DNA of 64,000 nucleotides. Origin: Antechinus flavipes (taxonomy: Eukaryota). Position 1 is the first letter of the stretch, and each line of letters opens with the position of its first letter. The notes under the pieces were generated by a model that saw nothing but the letters and a program-made list of their open reading frames with translations, did not search any database and was not told the DNA's origin. Below are positions 39,536 to 51,502 of this stretch, piece by piece. The stretch is taken from positions 551,490,001 to 551,554,000 of the forward strand of contig NC_067398.1 of the NCBI RefSeq assembly GCF_016432865.1, read 5' to 3'. A program made the translations under genes and the position numbers.

Positions 39536-40429
39536 TACAAACACATTTATAAGGCTATTACTAGAATAAAGCTGCTATCTAGAAAGATAGGTTTGAAAAT
39601 TCCTAGAAGTGTTTGAGATATGATGAATATAAGACTACCTTTGGAGAAAGGTTATTGTCTTTGTGTTAAAATATTGAATAGAAAATATAGCCCACATTTT
39701 AAAATGTCCTTGATGATTTACAAAGTACTTTTCTCATGTTCTACATATCCTTTGAGGTAAGTAGATCAGGGATAATTACACAAGTACTTCATAAATAAAT
39801 AATGTATAACAAAAGGGTCAAACAACTTGCCCAAAGCCTCCCAGCAAACAAGCATCAGAGCCAAGATTGTATATAATTATATACAATACTTTCAGAAAAT
39901 CCATTCATCCAGAGCTTGAATTATTAGCACTATCTTTTGACAAGAAATCTCAGTGTATAAGAAGGAATATGGGGGTAGGCAGGAGAGGAAGGAACTTCTT
40001 TTTCATCACCAAATCATACTTTGTTCTGGGCATATGGTATGGGAAAAAAAAAAGACTAATGGAGATGGGGGAAGAGAAAAAGAGAAGTGAATGACAAAAG
40101 ATGAGAAAAAGTAGGAGTAAGACAAGGCTGAACAGAGAAAAGCAAATCTGACAAGCCTAACTTAGCTTGATATTTTAAAGCACTGTGGGTTATTTTCAGA
40201 TCCTTTTAAAATCCAGTGGAAATTGATGACTTCCTGATAGGTTTTAGAAAGTAATTCATATTGGAAAAAAAGCCCTAGATTTCAAATTCAGCATCACAGC
40301 TATTATTCTCCCATTTTCAGTATTAAAAGACCTTCCTGTCTGATGGGGCTTCATAAAGAAACAATGCAGATGAGCTTTAAAACTTCGAATTTAAAGTCAA
40401 AAGGCACAGAGACATTTACCAGGAAGTTT

Positions 40430-40665
40430 TTCAGGTGGGATTTACATGAGTTTTAAAATAAAATAAAACAAATAACAACAAAAACATCAACATGAGTTTC
40501 CTGACTCTAAGTTGCCTCCTAAGGATATTGATAAATTAGAGAATGTGCAGAGGAAGGCAACCAAAATAATGAGAAAATTTTAACTAATCTATTAAATGTT
40601 GAAGGAACTAAAGAGTATTTATACTGGAGAATACCAATTTATCTCTTTCAAATATTTAGAAGAGG
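40430..40665 (+). repeat. Diverged direct duplicate of 38995-39200 (MIR / A-rich / L3 junction)
   Basis: ttcaggtgggatttacatgagttttaaaataaaata...gtttcctgactc...ggatattgataaatt...gtatttatactggaga parallels ttcagatgagatttagatgaatttttaaataaaata...gtttcctgactt...ggatattgacaaatt...gtatttatactggaga. Confidence 0.8.
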
Positions 40666-40884
40666 TAAGTGTATGTAAAAGGTAATCCAAATGTGGTCAT
40701 TTTTGATTCTTAGCTCCCAGAATTGGTTTTAACCTACATCCAAACTCTCCAAGTTCTGTCCTGTCTTTAAGATTTACTTACTCATTATTCCCACTACCCA
40801 TTTCTTAGTCCTAGACCACATTGACTTAGTTTTGAGAGTCCCCTAGAGATTAACCTATTTAGTTTATTCCATATATGTGTATGT

Positions 40885-40886
<2 letters not shown>

Positions 40887-40920
<34 letters not shown>
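40887..40920. repeat. (GT)17 microsatellite
   Basis: Perfect GT run. Confidence 0.95.
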
Positions 40921-40925
<5 letters not shown>

Positions 40926-40960
40926 TGTTTATGTAAACTAGCTCACAGAGTAGTGAGGAG

Positions 40961-41560
40961 TGTTAAGATTTACAAAACATCTTTATTATATCCTGAAAGA
41001 AGGTGGTGTATAGAAGGTATTATATATTGGGTATTGAAGTATATCCCATAAGTGGATTTGAGGATGCACTTGCTGGGGATATCCCACAGGGTGGCCACGA
41101 AGTTAACTGAAACTCCCCTGGCTTTTCCAGGGACACATATGCTTAGTTCTGAAGAATGGATGTTTTGGGATAATTCAGCAATCTTTTTGAGAGAAATGTT
41201 TTGGAGAGATCCCCCTTTTTCTATTTTCAAGACCTCAGTCTCTGAAGATTGAGTTAACCTTTTCCTGTATCAGACTTCATCTAACCTTACAAGGAATCTC
41301 TAGTCTAAAGTGAATTTCATTTAATCAAGCTTGGGTGAAGACATACTCTTTTATCTAAATTGAGTGAAGATGGACACTTTCGATTGAATTGCCCAAGGTT
41401 AGGGTAGTCTGGATATACAGATATTCTTTCTGTTCAAGAGGGAAATGATGGTACTCTCAACCCCTTTTTGAAATATTAATTCTTTCATTAATTGTAATTA
41501 ATCAGGGTTAATTATCACCCTGGGAAAAAAAGTTATATATACTGTGATATCTCCACCATG
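40961..41560 (-). mobile_element. Probable solo LTR
   Basis: Plus strand begins tgttaagatt (terminal CA on minus) with AATAAA ~20 nt inside (tttatt ~40982); other end near ctccacca (TG on minus); no clear TSD. Confidence 0.5.
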
Positions 41561-42164
41561 AGTGTCTTTGGACTAGGAGAGATGCCCAAATGACCATCTT
41601 TCTATTACTAAATGTGTCGTTCTTATTAATGAAATGATGACATTACCCAGAAACTATGTCTTCTGAACCTTTTTAATTATCACAACTTGATGCTCTGTGA
41701 GAGCAGTAGAGAAAAAAGCATTGAAAAGGATTTTAAATCCTTGAAATTAAAGGATGGAAGTGTTGGAGAGATTTTTGCCTAGGCTGGCAAATATCTATTC
41801 TGATCTTGAAAATGCCAAGGCAGTGCTATAGGGAAGAGTCTAATTATCCTCATTTTGAAGATTTGAAGAAATGGAGGATCAGCGAGTCCCATGACCATTC
41901 AGCTGCTAAAATGTCAGAGTCACGTATCAAAAACAGATCTTCTGATTCTACATACAAGACTGGTTCTTGCCATTATAACATGATACTTTTCAAATGCCTT
42001 GAATATGCCAGATTAATCTACCTTAATTACTCTTAGAATGCTGTTCTCAAAACTAGATTTCCTCCCTGATTTATAAAACCTCTAGCTTAAAGTTTCTCTG
42101 TTCAGCTTTCAATGGCCCCTATCTAATCTATTCAATATATTTCATTGTTCTCTTAACTGCTGAT

Positions 42165-42330
42165 AAGGGAAATTATATGATTTCCCAATATGCCAACCAA
42201 ACAACCAATAAAACTAGGCTGGGCATACTTAGTTTTAACAAGGGAAAAGTAGCTACAAAGGTCTGATTGAAGAGATGTAGTTAAGATAGATTAATAAAAT
42301 TAACATAAGTTGTTAAAAGAAGAGTCAGAT
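42165..42330 (+). repeat. Left arm of long inverted repeat
   Basis: Reverse complement of 42763-42932 at ~88-90% by manual alignment. Confidence 0.92.
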
Positions 42331-42469
42331 GTTAGGAAGATAAGAAATTTAGACAATGAATCTTAGAGAAAACAGATCCTGGTCAATGATATTCACCAGA
42401 TGAATCCTCCAAGATCCCCAGACAACTGATGGTAAAATCAAAGCATGGTAGACTGGGATTCAGAAGTAG

Positions 42470-42650
42470 TATGGTACAGTTGATATTAGATGCAGAATTA
42501 AGATAACTTGGCTTTGAATCTTGCTTCTGCTACTTCTTTCAGCATAATGTAATCAAGTTACTTCCTTTCTTGGTCCTTAGTTTCCTCCTCAATAAAATGA
42601 AGTGCTTAATTTGGATAACTTTAAGGAAATCTCTAACTTGAAATCCCATG
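42470..42650 (+). mobile_element. MIR inside the inverted-repeat spacer
   Basis: ggctttgaatcttgcttctgctac...ccttagtttcctcctcaataaaatgaag. Confidence 0.65.
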
Positions 42651-42762
42651 GATTTAATTCACAAGCCTAGGTTTCCTTTCTTCCGGTTTGATGCCTTTTC
42701 TATCTCTCATTATTTTAGCATCTTTTCTCTCTCTCTTTTTTTCATATGCAAGTTCTATTCCT

Positions 42763-42932
42763 ATCTGACTCTTCTTTTAACTAACTTACCTTAATTTTTT
42801 TATTAATCTATTTTAACCACATCTCTTTAATCAGATCTTCGTAGCTACTTTCCCCTGTTAAAACTAAGCATGTCCAGTCTAGTTTTTATTTGTTGTTTAG
42901 TTAGCATATTGGGAAATCATATAATTTCCCTT
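42763..42932 (-). repeat. Right arm of long inverted repeat
   Basis: atctgactcttcttttaac...gggaaatcatataatttccctt is the reverse complement of the left arm. Confidence 0.92.
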
Positions 42933-43334
42933 GAATAGAAAATGAGCTAGATCAAAAATTTAACCAAAGACACAGATTAGATTTTCCTCGGGAAATTGGG
43001 AAGTACCTTTCATCCCCTCAAGATCATTCTCAAAATAAAATCCTTCTTTTTAATACCAATATTTTTCCCATAATTCTGTTATGCCTACGCATCATAGACT
43101 ACCACAGTCTCTGAAGAATTAAGGTTGCAGGTATCTTAAGTAGCAATAGAGAGCTATAATGTGCATGAGTATACTGCAATATATTGCTAATGAATCATTG
43201 TGTGAAAAAATGTAAGGATTTATATATACACACACATATATGAATATATACATGTATATAGTTGCAAGAATATGTATATATGTGTCTATAGATGATCCAG
43301 TTAAATAATGAGTTAGAGAGATGTTGCTACAAGC

Positions 43335-43475
43335 TCTGTGGATACCCACACAATATCAAGAAACATAGAGCAAAGACTCACAGTACTTTGGGGGTGGGGA
43401 GAGCTCCCCATGAAGGATTTATGGGAGGATGTAGAGAAAAGTCACCTAAGGTAAAAAGAAACAGATGGATGTAAT
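43335..43475 (+). mobile_element. RTE 3' end fragment
   Basis: ggatacccacacaatatcaagaaac...ggatttatgggaggatg resembles 36060-36150 (YP.N.K; IYG.W motifs). Confidence 0.5.
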
Positions 43476-43629
43476 TATATATTTAAATTTTCATGTGCAA
43501 AGTCTTTTCCTCCAATATAATGTAAGTTTTCTCAGGGGAAGGACTGTTTCATTTTGTTTTCTTTGTATGCTTAGCATGTAATACAGCACCAGCATATCAC
43601 TAGTATTTAATACATGCTCATTGAAATTA

Positions 43630-43845
43630 GGTGGCCCAGTGGACAGAGTATTGGAGTCAGGAAGACTCTTTATGTCTTCAAATCCAGACTTAAATACTGA
43701 CTGTGTGACCTCATTCCCTTCAGTTTCCTCATCTCTAAAATGAGCCAGAGAATCAATGGCAAACCATTCTGGTATCTCAATCAGGAAAACCCCAATAAGG
43801 TCACAAAAAGTCCTATATCATTGAAAATGACTGAACAATAGCAAC
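43630..43845 (+). mobile_element. MAR1-type SINE
   Basis: gtggcccagtggacagag..gagtcaggaagactc...atggcaaaccattctggtatc...gactgaacaa. Confidence 0.8.
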
Positions 43846-44104
43846 ATATGCCAGATACTGTGTTCAGTGATTTATAAATAAATATTTCATTTGATTCTTG
43901 GGAGGCAGATGCTATTATTATTCTCATTTTATAATTGAGGGAATTGAAGCAGATTTAGATTAAATGAATCGATCAGTTAGTAAATGCCTGAGATTGGATT
44001 TGAATTCAGATCTTTCTGACTCCACATCCAATGCTATAGTCACCAAGCTTCCTAGTAGAAAGATGTAAGATGTCTGTCTGATAAAAAGGAAGATAATTAT
44101 GTCT

Positions 44105-44206
44105 CTCAGAAAGAAAAAGAAAAAAAAAACAATGGAGATAACAGAAAGGCAAAGGGGAGGAGGGAAGGGAAGAGAAAGAAAGGAAGGACACAGATAAGGG
44201 AGAGAA

Positions 44207-44284
<78 letters not shown>

Positions 44285-44720
44285 TGACAGTTCAATAGAT
44301 GGTGACAGAGAGACAGTAGGTGACAGAAACCAATAATGAAAAAGAGAGAAATGAAGGGAGAGAGAGAGACAGAAACAGAAAAACATAGACACAGAGATAG
44401 AGGGAGGAGGGGGAAGGGAAGAAAGGGAAAGCAAGGGAAGAGAAAGCAANNNNNNNNNNNNNNNNNNNNNNNNNNNNNNNNNNNNNNNNNNNNNNNNNNN
44501 NNNNNNNNNNNNNNNNNNNNNNNNNNNNNNNNNNNNNNNNNNNNNNNNNNNNNNNNNNNNNNNNNNNNNNNNNNNNNNNNNNNAATGGAAAGGAAGCAAA
44601 GAAAAGGAAGAGAAGGAAAAGGAAAGAAAGGAAATTGAAGGGAAGAAGGAAAAGGAAAAGAAGGCAAGGAAACAAAAAGAGGGGAGATAGAAATAAACAG
44701 AAAGAAAATTTTTTTAAAAG
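44105..44720. repeat. GA-rich tract with (GA)n arrays, containing a 134-N assembly gap (44450-44583)
   Basis: Repeating gagagagagagagagaaaa units; Ns counted directly. Confidence 0.9.
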
Positions 44721-44739
44721 ATGAAAAAGTTTCATGGAA

Positions 44740-45110
44740 AAAATGGAATTTGAAGTGAGATAGGAAGGGTAATTAGCATTCTAGAAGCAGAAATGATGAG
44801 GGATTGTACTTCAGGCTTAGGAGACAGCTTGTTCAAGGACCCAGATGTGGAGGCTGGAACAAAAAAATAAGAGGTCAGCTAGCTTTCTAGCTATTATTTG
44901 GGGAAAAAAAAGGTTGTCATTTAAAATAATCCAGGAGGGGCAAGTTGAACCCAAATTGTAGAGGTATCAATTCATCCCATCTACATCCTATAAGCAATAA
45001 AGAGCCACTAAAAGTTTTTGAGTAAATCATAGCTCAGACTTAGAAAGAATATCATATGAGCTAGAAGGTAATTAGTTTGCATGTTGGAAGGAGAGGGAAG
45101 GAGAAGAGAA
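44740..45110 (-). mobile_element. L2 remnant
   Basis: ggaatttgaagtgag...agccactaaaagtttttgagt..., typical reversed L2 body. Confidence 0.55.
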
Positions 45111-46022
45111 TTATAGATTTAATTCTACAGATTCTACATAATTCTACAGATATTGGAAAATTTTTGCAACCTGAAGCAAATCTATTATATTGCTCTGAAA
45201 TACTGAATAGTAGAAGCCATACTTGGACCCAACTGGAAGAGCTTCTGTATTTCTTGACCAAGTTGTGAAGGGGAAGGGAAGCAGAGCAGTATAACTCTTG
45301 GTTCAGCACACAATGATGTTTCATCAGATCCTCAAGAACTCAGATGACAACAATTCCTACATGAAACCAAAGACTTTTCTGCAGCAAAGCAATATATACA
45401 TTCTGTGTTTTCCTAAATTTGAAAGTTCTCTCCAGTGATACAGAAAACAGCCCATCTGTACCTGGCTATCCTCTGCAGCTGTTACCTATGTTTTTCCATC
45501 AGTTTATCACAAGAAGTCCACCTGATAGACTGGGAACCTTCTTCTCTAATTTATATTGACAGTAATCCTAATAAAAATGGTTCTGCTCTTTTTGGTGTAA
45601 TTGATTAGTGAGAATGTATATCTCCTAAACTTGATTTTATGATTCTCTGCTACATTGTTCTCTGGTAGATAAAAAGCTGTTACAGTTATGTGAGTACCCA
45701 AGTTCTTATTCAGAGAGAGAAAGTGTCCCCATCCTATATTCTATTGATGTCAGTCACCAAGAGGCATCACAATAACTCAAAAAGGATGTGGAAGAGCAAC
45801 TCAAGGAAATTGTTTGTTTGTTTTTTAATGAGAGAAAACAGTTTTAAAACATAGTTCTTCCTTCCTTCCAATGGCACTTTCTTAATTTTATTGTTTATAT
45901 CTTTTATACCTCTGCCTTTTAAAGTATTTGACATCTACTTAGATACTTCAGAGGATATGGGGCTTCACTGATATAAATATGTGTCCCATTGGTTCAGGCT
46001 GCAAACTAGTCAATTCAATTCA

Positions 46023-46262
46023 GTGTTGTTGTTAAGTAAGATCTGACTTTCTGTGACACCAAATGGGATTTTCTTGACAAAGCTATTGGAGGAGTTTGCC
46101 ATTTCCTTCTGTAGTTCATTTACAAATGAGGCATAGGGGTAAGTGACTTATCCAGAATCACACAACTAGTATCTGAGAATGTATTTGAATTCATGAATAT
46201 GAGTGAGTTTTCCTGATTCTAGGCCTGGGACTCACTCAATGCACTATACCACTTCGCTGTCT
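46023..46262 (-). mobile_element. MAR1-type SINE
   Basis: gttgttgtt...gagtttgccatttccttctgtagttcatttacaaatgagg. Confidence 0.8.
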
Positions 46263-47004
46263 GACCTGGCAGACAATAATCACTGAAAAATGCTTTTTCC
46301 TTCCTTCTACACTATGAGTTGTTACTGTTTTCTCCCTCCTCTGATAATCATGTGTATATTTAGCTTAGAACTCAAATTCCTTGAGGACAGAAACAGTTTT
46401 TCCCCCTAGCATAATGTCTTGTGTGTGGTGGGTACTTTATAAATACTTCAATTGAATTGGATCACAGTCCCCTTAGAAGCCAAAATGTCCCTTATCAGAA
46501 ACCACCTTTTATAACCTGCCTCTCATACAAACTACTTCTTGAAGCAACATCTTTTACTGTAGGGCAGCACATTTAAACTGAATTTTTAAGCTTAGTTTTA
46601 AAGGTACTTCATAGCAGAAGTACAGAAACAATAAATGCATAAAAAGGTGCACATATCAATGTGAACATTTGGGAGACACCAGAATGGAAATGAGCATTGC
46701 TATTAAAAGTTAGCACTCTTCTCTGAAGTTAAGTTAGAGAAGCTGAGTCAAATCCTAGCTTAGACATTCAGTACTCATGTGACCTCAGTCAAGTCATTTT
46801 CTTTCTGATCTTTGGACTCCTCATCTGCAGAATGAGGGAGGTGGATTAGAAATCCCTTACCATCCACTCCAATGTGCCTCTACTGATTTTATGACCAAAA
46901 ACTACATGTATTTATAAAATTTTTTCTAAACATATAATCCAAATTTACTTCTAATCCTGTGTTCTCATGCTGGACAAGCATGCTAGGGAAAATTGATCTA
47001 CATC

Positions 47005-47230
47005 AGTCCCAATCACGTGGAAGCAGGAAATTGTAGGGAACGATGACAATTCCTATTTAGAGGTAGTTAGCGTGGATAGGCAAAATGTTCTGTTCTAAGC
47101 CCACAAGTTTCATAATCTTCTATAAATAGAACCTCCTGCAGCACTGGCATCATATAGAGCATAATCACAGAATGACAGCCCTATGCACCCACTCAGCCTG
47201 CTGTGATTGGCTAAGTTTCTCTAGGTAATC
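47005..47230. promoter_or_regulatory. Possible enhancer-like motif cluster
   Basis: CCAAT abutting CACGTG (47014-47019), CAGGAAAT ETS-like site (~47024), perfect MEF2 consensus CTATAAATAG (47120-47129), ATTGG (~47207) in TE-free sequence; motif-only evidence. Confidence 0.25.
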
Positions 47231-48319
47231 AAAGCCCACAGCTCTTTCTTTGTACAAATAATTCTAGCTCTGATTAACCTGACAATCACATTTGGAAATT
47301 AAGATTTCTGGTGAAAAGAGGAAAAATTAAACAATTGTTAAATACCAGAATGATTGTGCAATAAGACCAAACCAGTCTCCCACCACCGTCATCATGTGAT
47401 GATTCTAATTCCTTCTGTCCCCTGCCAACCTTTCCTCATCAATTCTCCCTGCAGCAGAAGGAAAATTAATCTCTATTTTAATCTTTATAGTTATACTGTA
47501 TGGCAGGGAGGTGGATATAGGCCTGTGGGATAGAAAGTGAAGTTATTATCATTCTTGTTTTCTAAGGAAGATTACATGGTGTGTCTATACCTGCACAGAG
47601 AGTGAGTGTAAAAGTCTGGATTTGAACTCAGATTTTTTTGCTTCCCAGATCGATATTTTATCTCAAATACCATGCTGCCTTCTCAGTAGAATAAGCCAAT
47701 ATATGGGCTCCCACTCAACTTTCTAGATAACAGCAGGCCACTTACTGAGATGAAGTCTTCCCAACAGGGTTTGGCAGTTTTACTCAAGCCTTTGATGTCA
47801 CAGAAATATTAAAATTAGGTACTCTGAGAATATCACAACAGCAAATACCAAGTTCTGCCAAACCTAATAAGTTGGATCTGTATCCATGTGGAGTTGTGTA
47901 TTTCTTTTTTGCATCAATGAAAATCCCCTTATGGTCTTTATTCATATTAATTTTATGATGTATCAAATTGAATCACAGAGCTAGATTTTTCCAAATGAGG
48001 AATTTCATTGGTGGATGGGTATTTCAGCATCACAGATGCCAAACAACTTCAAACACAATAGACAGAATGCCTGCAACAGATCTGATGGATGGAATTTTAT
48101 GCTAAGTTTACTTAGTCAAAGGTTGGGTCACTCTAGATTTGTGTACAGAGATATAAAATTTCACAAATGAAAAGAAGCTCAGAATCCATTTAGTCTAATT
48201 TATATCAGAATGAGAATTCTTCTCATCTGACATCATTGACAAGTAGTCATGCATCCTTTTCTTGAAAATTTTTGGCAAGTCCTCCATTTAAAGCTTTTTG
48301 ACAGTTCTAGTCACTGAGT

Positions 48320-48526
48320 GGGTCACTAGGTGGTGCAGCAGATAAGAGTGCAGTGTCATGAAGAATTCATCTTCCTGAGTTCATACCCTTCACACCTCAT
48401 ACACTTCTTAGCTGGGTGACCCTGGGCAAGTCACTTAACCCTGTTTGCCTCAGTTTCCCCATCTATAAAATGAATTGGAGGAGGAAATGGTAAACCATTC
48501 CAGTATCTTTGCAAAAAAAAAAAAAG
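48320..48526 (+). mobile_element. MAR1-type SINE, 3'-truncated with A-tail
   Basis: ctaggtggtgcagcagataagag...gaggaaatggtaaaccattccagtatctttgcaaaaaaaaaaaaa. Confidence 0.85.
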
Positions 48527-48899
48527 CCTTAATTTTTTTCTTCATAGCTTCTACATACTGTTCCCATTTGTTCTCTCTGGGACCTGTGCATTCTTAACCT
48601 CTGTTTGTTTCAGTTTTTTATCTATAAAATATGGATAATAGTACCTGTCTTGCAGGGTTCATGTGAGGAACAAATGAGCTATTATTTATAAAAAAAAAAT
48701 TAGCATCATACCTGGCACATAGGAGGCACTAGATAAATACTTATTTATTTCCCTCTCTGAGCTTCAGTTTCTTCAATGGTAAAATGAAGAAATTGGGGGA
48801 GGAAAATGACCTCAGGGATACTTCCAAAGTCCATACATATGATCTAATGATCTTATGCCCAGACAATTCCTAAAGCTTCTATCAATTCTAATATTCCAT

Positions 48900-49200
48900 A
48901 ATATTATGAATCAATAAAGGAGATACAAAAAGAATGGTCAAAAGACAAGGGAGAAAGATTATGCAGAAGGCAAGGGGAGATAACAATGTCAAAAGCTAAA
49001 AAGGTGTCATGGTGGCCTAGGATGTCTAAATGATGAGGCTTTCAGAAAGCCTGGGGAGAACAGTTTCAGTGGAATGATGGAGCTGAAGAGTGAGTAAGTT
49101 GCAAGGAATGTAAGGATATGAATATAGACTATTTTTTCCTAAAAGTGCTTGAATGACTGGTATAAAGATTAAAGATAAAAAGACTGAATGAATGGTAAAG
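48900..49200 (-). mobile_element. L2 remnant
   Basis: ggagaacagtttcagtggaatgatggagctgaag, reversed L2 RT-region signature. Confidence 0.6.
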
Positions 49201-49859
49201 GAAACACTTCTTTCTTTCATCTCTGTGACTGTATCTATAGCATCTGTATGCTCTTAATTCTATACCAACCTCCTTTAACCCCAAAGAAAAGGAGAAAACC
49301 ATTCTGTAAGTCTTTGGACCAAAGAGGTTCAAAGGGAAAAGAAAGCAGGTGACTGAACAGCTTTCTGCATCAGTAGCAATCAAATATTCTACCATATTGA
49401 AAATATCAGGTATGTAACTAGGTTAGATTATCTTACAAAAAATGAGGTAAGAAGAGTCTCAAATCAATAATATTTGACAATAAAAATGAATTCACATCCT
49501 GGTGAAAGCAACAAATGATCCCAAATGGTTAATGTGGTTTTGGTTACATTTGTAGAATTTCGTGGTTATTTAAAGACAAGATGAATGATCACAATGTAGG
49601 TCAGGAATAATTTCAATTAAAAACCTTTAGAGCAGCAATAACCAATTTTGTGCAGTTACAGAAACAAAGTATTCAGATAATGCAATGGAAATAGAGAAAA
49701 TAGAAAATAAAATTAAAACATGCAGCTGTTGCTGGATCTCAAGAATGGCAATCAGCATATTGCAATTCAATGATTAGGCCTAAAGCATGGATAAAAGTCA
49801 GTTTGCCCATAGATTAGAGAGTGTAAAACTTGGGTTTCAGTTTTTTTTTGGGGGGGTTT

Positions 49860-50030
49860 CATAATCACTGTATCCCCAAGATGCCCCTCTTTGTACATGG
49901 ATAGCTTATATCAAACTGCTTACCATCTCAGAGAGAGGATAGAAGAGAGAGAGAGAATTTGGAACTCAATGTTTTGAAAACGAATATTAAATTTTTTTAG
50001 ATGTAACTGGAAATAAAGGGGGGATTAAAT
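49860..50030 (+). mobile_element. L1 3' UTR tip
   Basis: gagagagaatttggaactcaatgttttgaaaa...atgtaactggaaataaa. Confidence 0.65.
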
Positions 50031-50351
50031 TTTAAAAAATAGAAATTTCTTTTAAGGCCTTACATAAGTGTCCTTTTCCTTACCATCACATCCTGCAAAA
50101 TGGATCTGTAAATGTCTGGTGAGATGGCATCGATATTCTAAAGAATGTTATACTTGGAGCCAAGAGAGCTGGCTTTAAATACAACTGACATCTACTGATT
50201 ATAAAATCACTGGGAAGTCTGAGCCCCACTTCCCTCATCTATAAAATGGGGATAAAAATGCTTGCTTACTTTATCTGCTCTGCATTTTCATTACCACAAA
50301 ATGCTAAGTCATTGTTCTTTAAGGTCTGCAAGTCTTCATTCTATTACATAT

Positions 50352-50355
<4 letters not shown>

Positions 50356-50385
<30 letters not shown>
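50356..50385. repeat. (TAA)10 microsatellite at the tail of a minus-strand CORE-SINE
   Basis: Perfect TAA run followed by gctagcatttatatag...gaagaaactgaggc. Confidence 0.9.
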
Positions 50386-50387
<2 letters not shown>

Positions 50388-50618
50388 GCTAGCATTTATA
50401 TAGTTCTTTAGGATATACAAATCACTACAAATGATATTTCATTTCATCTTCGAATTCCTATAAAGTATTTATAGATGAAGAAACTGAGGCAGATACCTCA
50501 AATATTTATTTGCCCAGGGTTACCCAACCAGTAAGTATCTAAGGCCAGTTTAAATTCACATTTTTCTAATTACGAATCCAGTACTCAATCCATTATACCA
50601 CCCAACGATTACATTTCT

Positions 50619-50621
<3 letters not shown>

Positions 50622-50660
<39 letters not shown>
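50622..50660. repeat. (AC)n microsatellite
   Basis: Perfect AC run. Confidence 0.95.
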
Positions 50661-50666
<6 letters not shown>

Positions 50667-51502
50667 TACACAAAATGCTCATGTATCATGAAGAGGGGAT
50701 TAAAAATGTACATTTATAGAATGTTATTGTAAAATGTGTTTTTAGTTGCATTTTTCTAAATTTTATGTCCTAAATAACCACTTACTTTGCTTCACCTAAT
50801 CCTGGTTCTGGCCAAACACTGCAAAGTGACAGATAGGAACTGTGCCCAAGTACAAATGAATACTTGATTTAAATCTTGAAAAGGAATGAAATTAAATTTA
50901 AAATAATAAATACAAGTTAATCAAAATCTCACCTTCAGTGATATTTTTCAACCTCAGATTTATTATCTTCAGTTTAATATCAAAAGAAAGTAGGAGGTAA
51001 GAGCCACATAATCTTGGATAGATTTATTTTCATCTTCATTGGCTATGAAGGAAATCTTTAAATATATATTATATATATGTAAAATCACACAAGTTCCTAC
51101 ATTATAGGTTATTCCAGGGCAAGGGGACCTTGTCTTATTCTTTCTTTTTGTTTTTTAATCTAGCCCAGTATTTTTCACATAGTAGGCCCAGAAGCAAATT
51201 AAATTACTACCTAAGGCCAGAAAGATGACATTATTTTGCTTGGCTATGACAAAGCTTTGACCTCCCAAGGTTAGAACAAGTTGGGATCAGATGTTGGCTG
51301 AAGTTGCTAATCATCTGAATGCTTTTTTGGCTCAAGGAACAGGAGAAGGGTAGGAGACAGCTGGACACCTTCTTCTAAAAGAATGCTTTTCTTTAAGTAT
51401 TTTGTAAGGGGGATAGTACTAATCTATTAATGTAGTCTGTGAATCAGAGACAATAAAATGAGAATTAAGCATTGAGAGAACACAGTTTTAGAAGGGACCT
51501 CA

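Noticed and set aside
47746-47789. Minus-strand 44-nt exon candidate (LSKTAKPCWEDFIS, donor GTAAGT); similar 50-nt candidate near 21422-21471 (HGIKLPFSLIEICKHR)
   Set aside because: Short, no homology, modest acceptors. Finding such candidates on both strands shows the chance rate is appreciable, which also lowers confidence in the plus-strand candidates.
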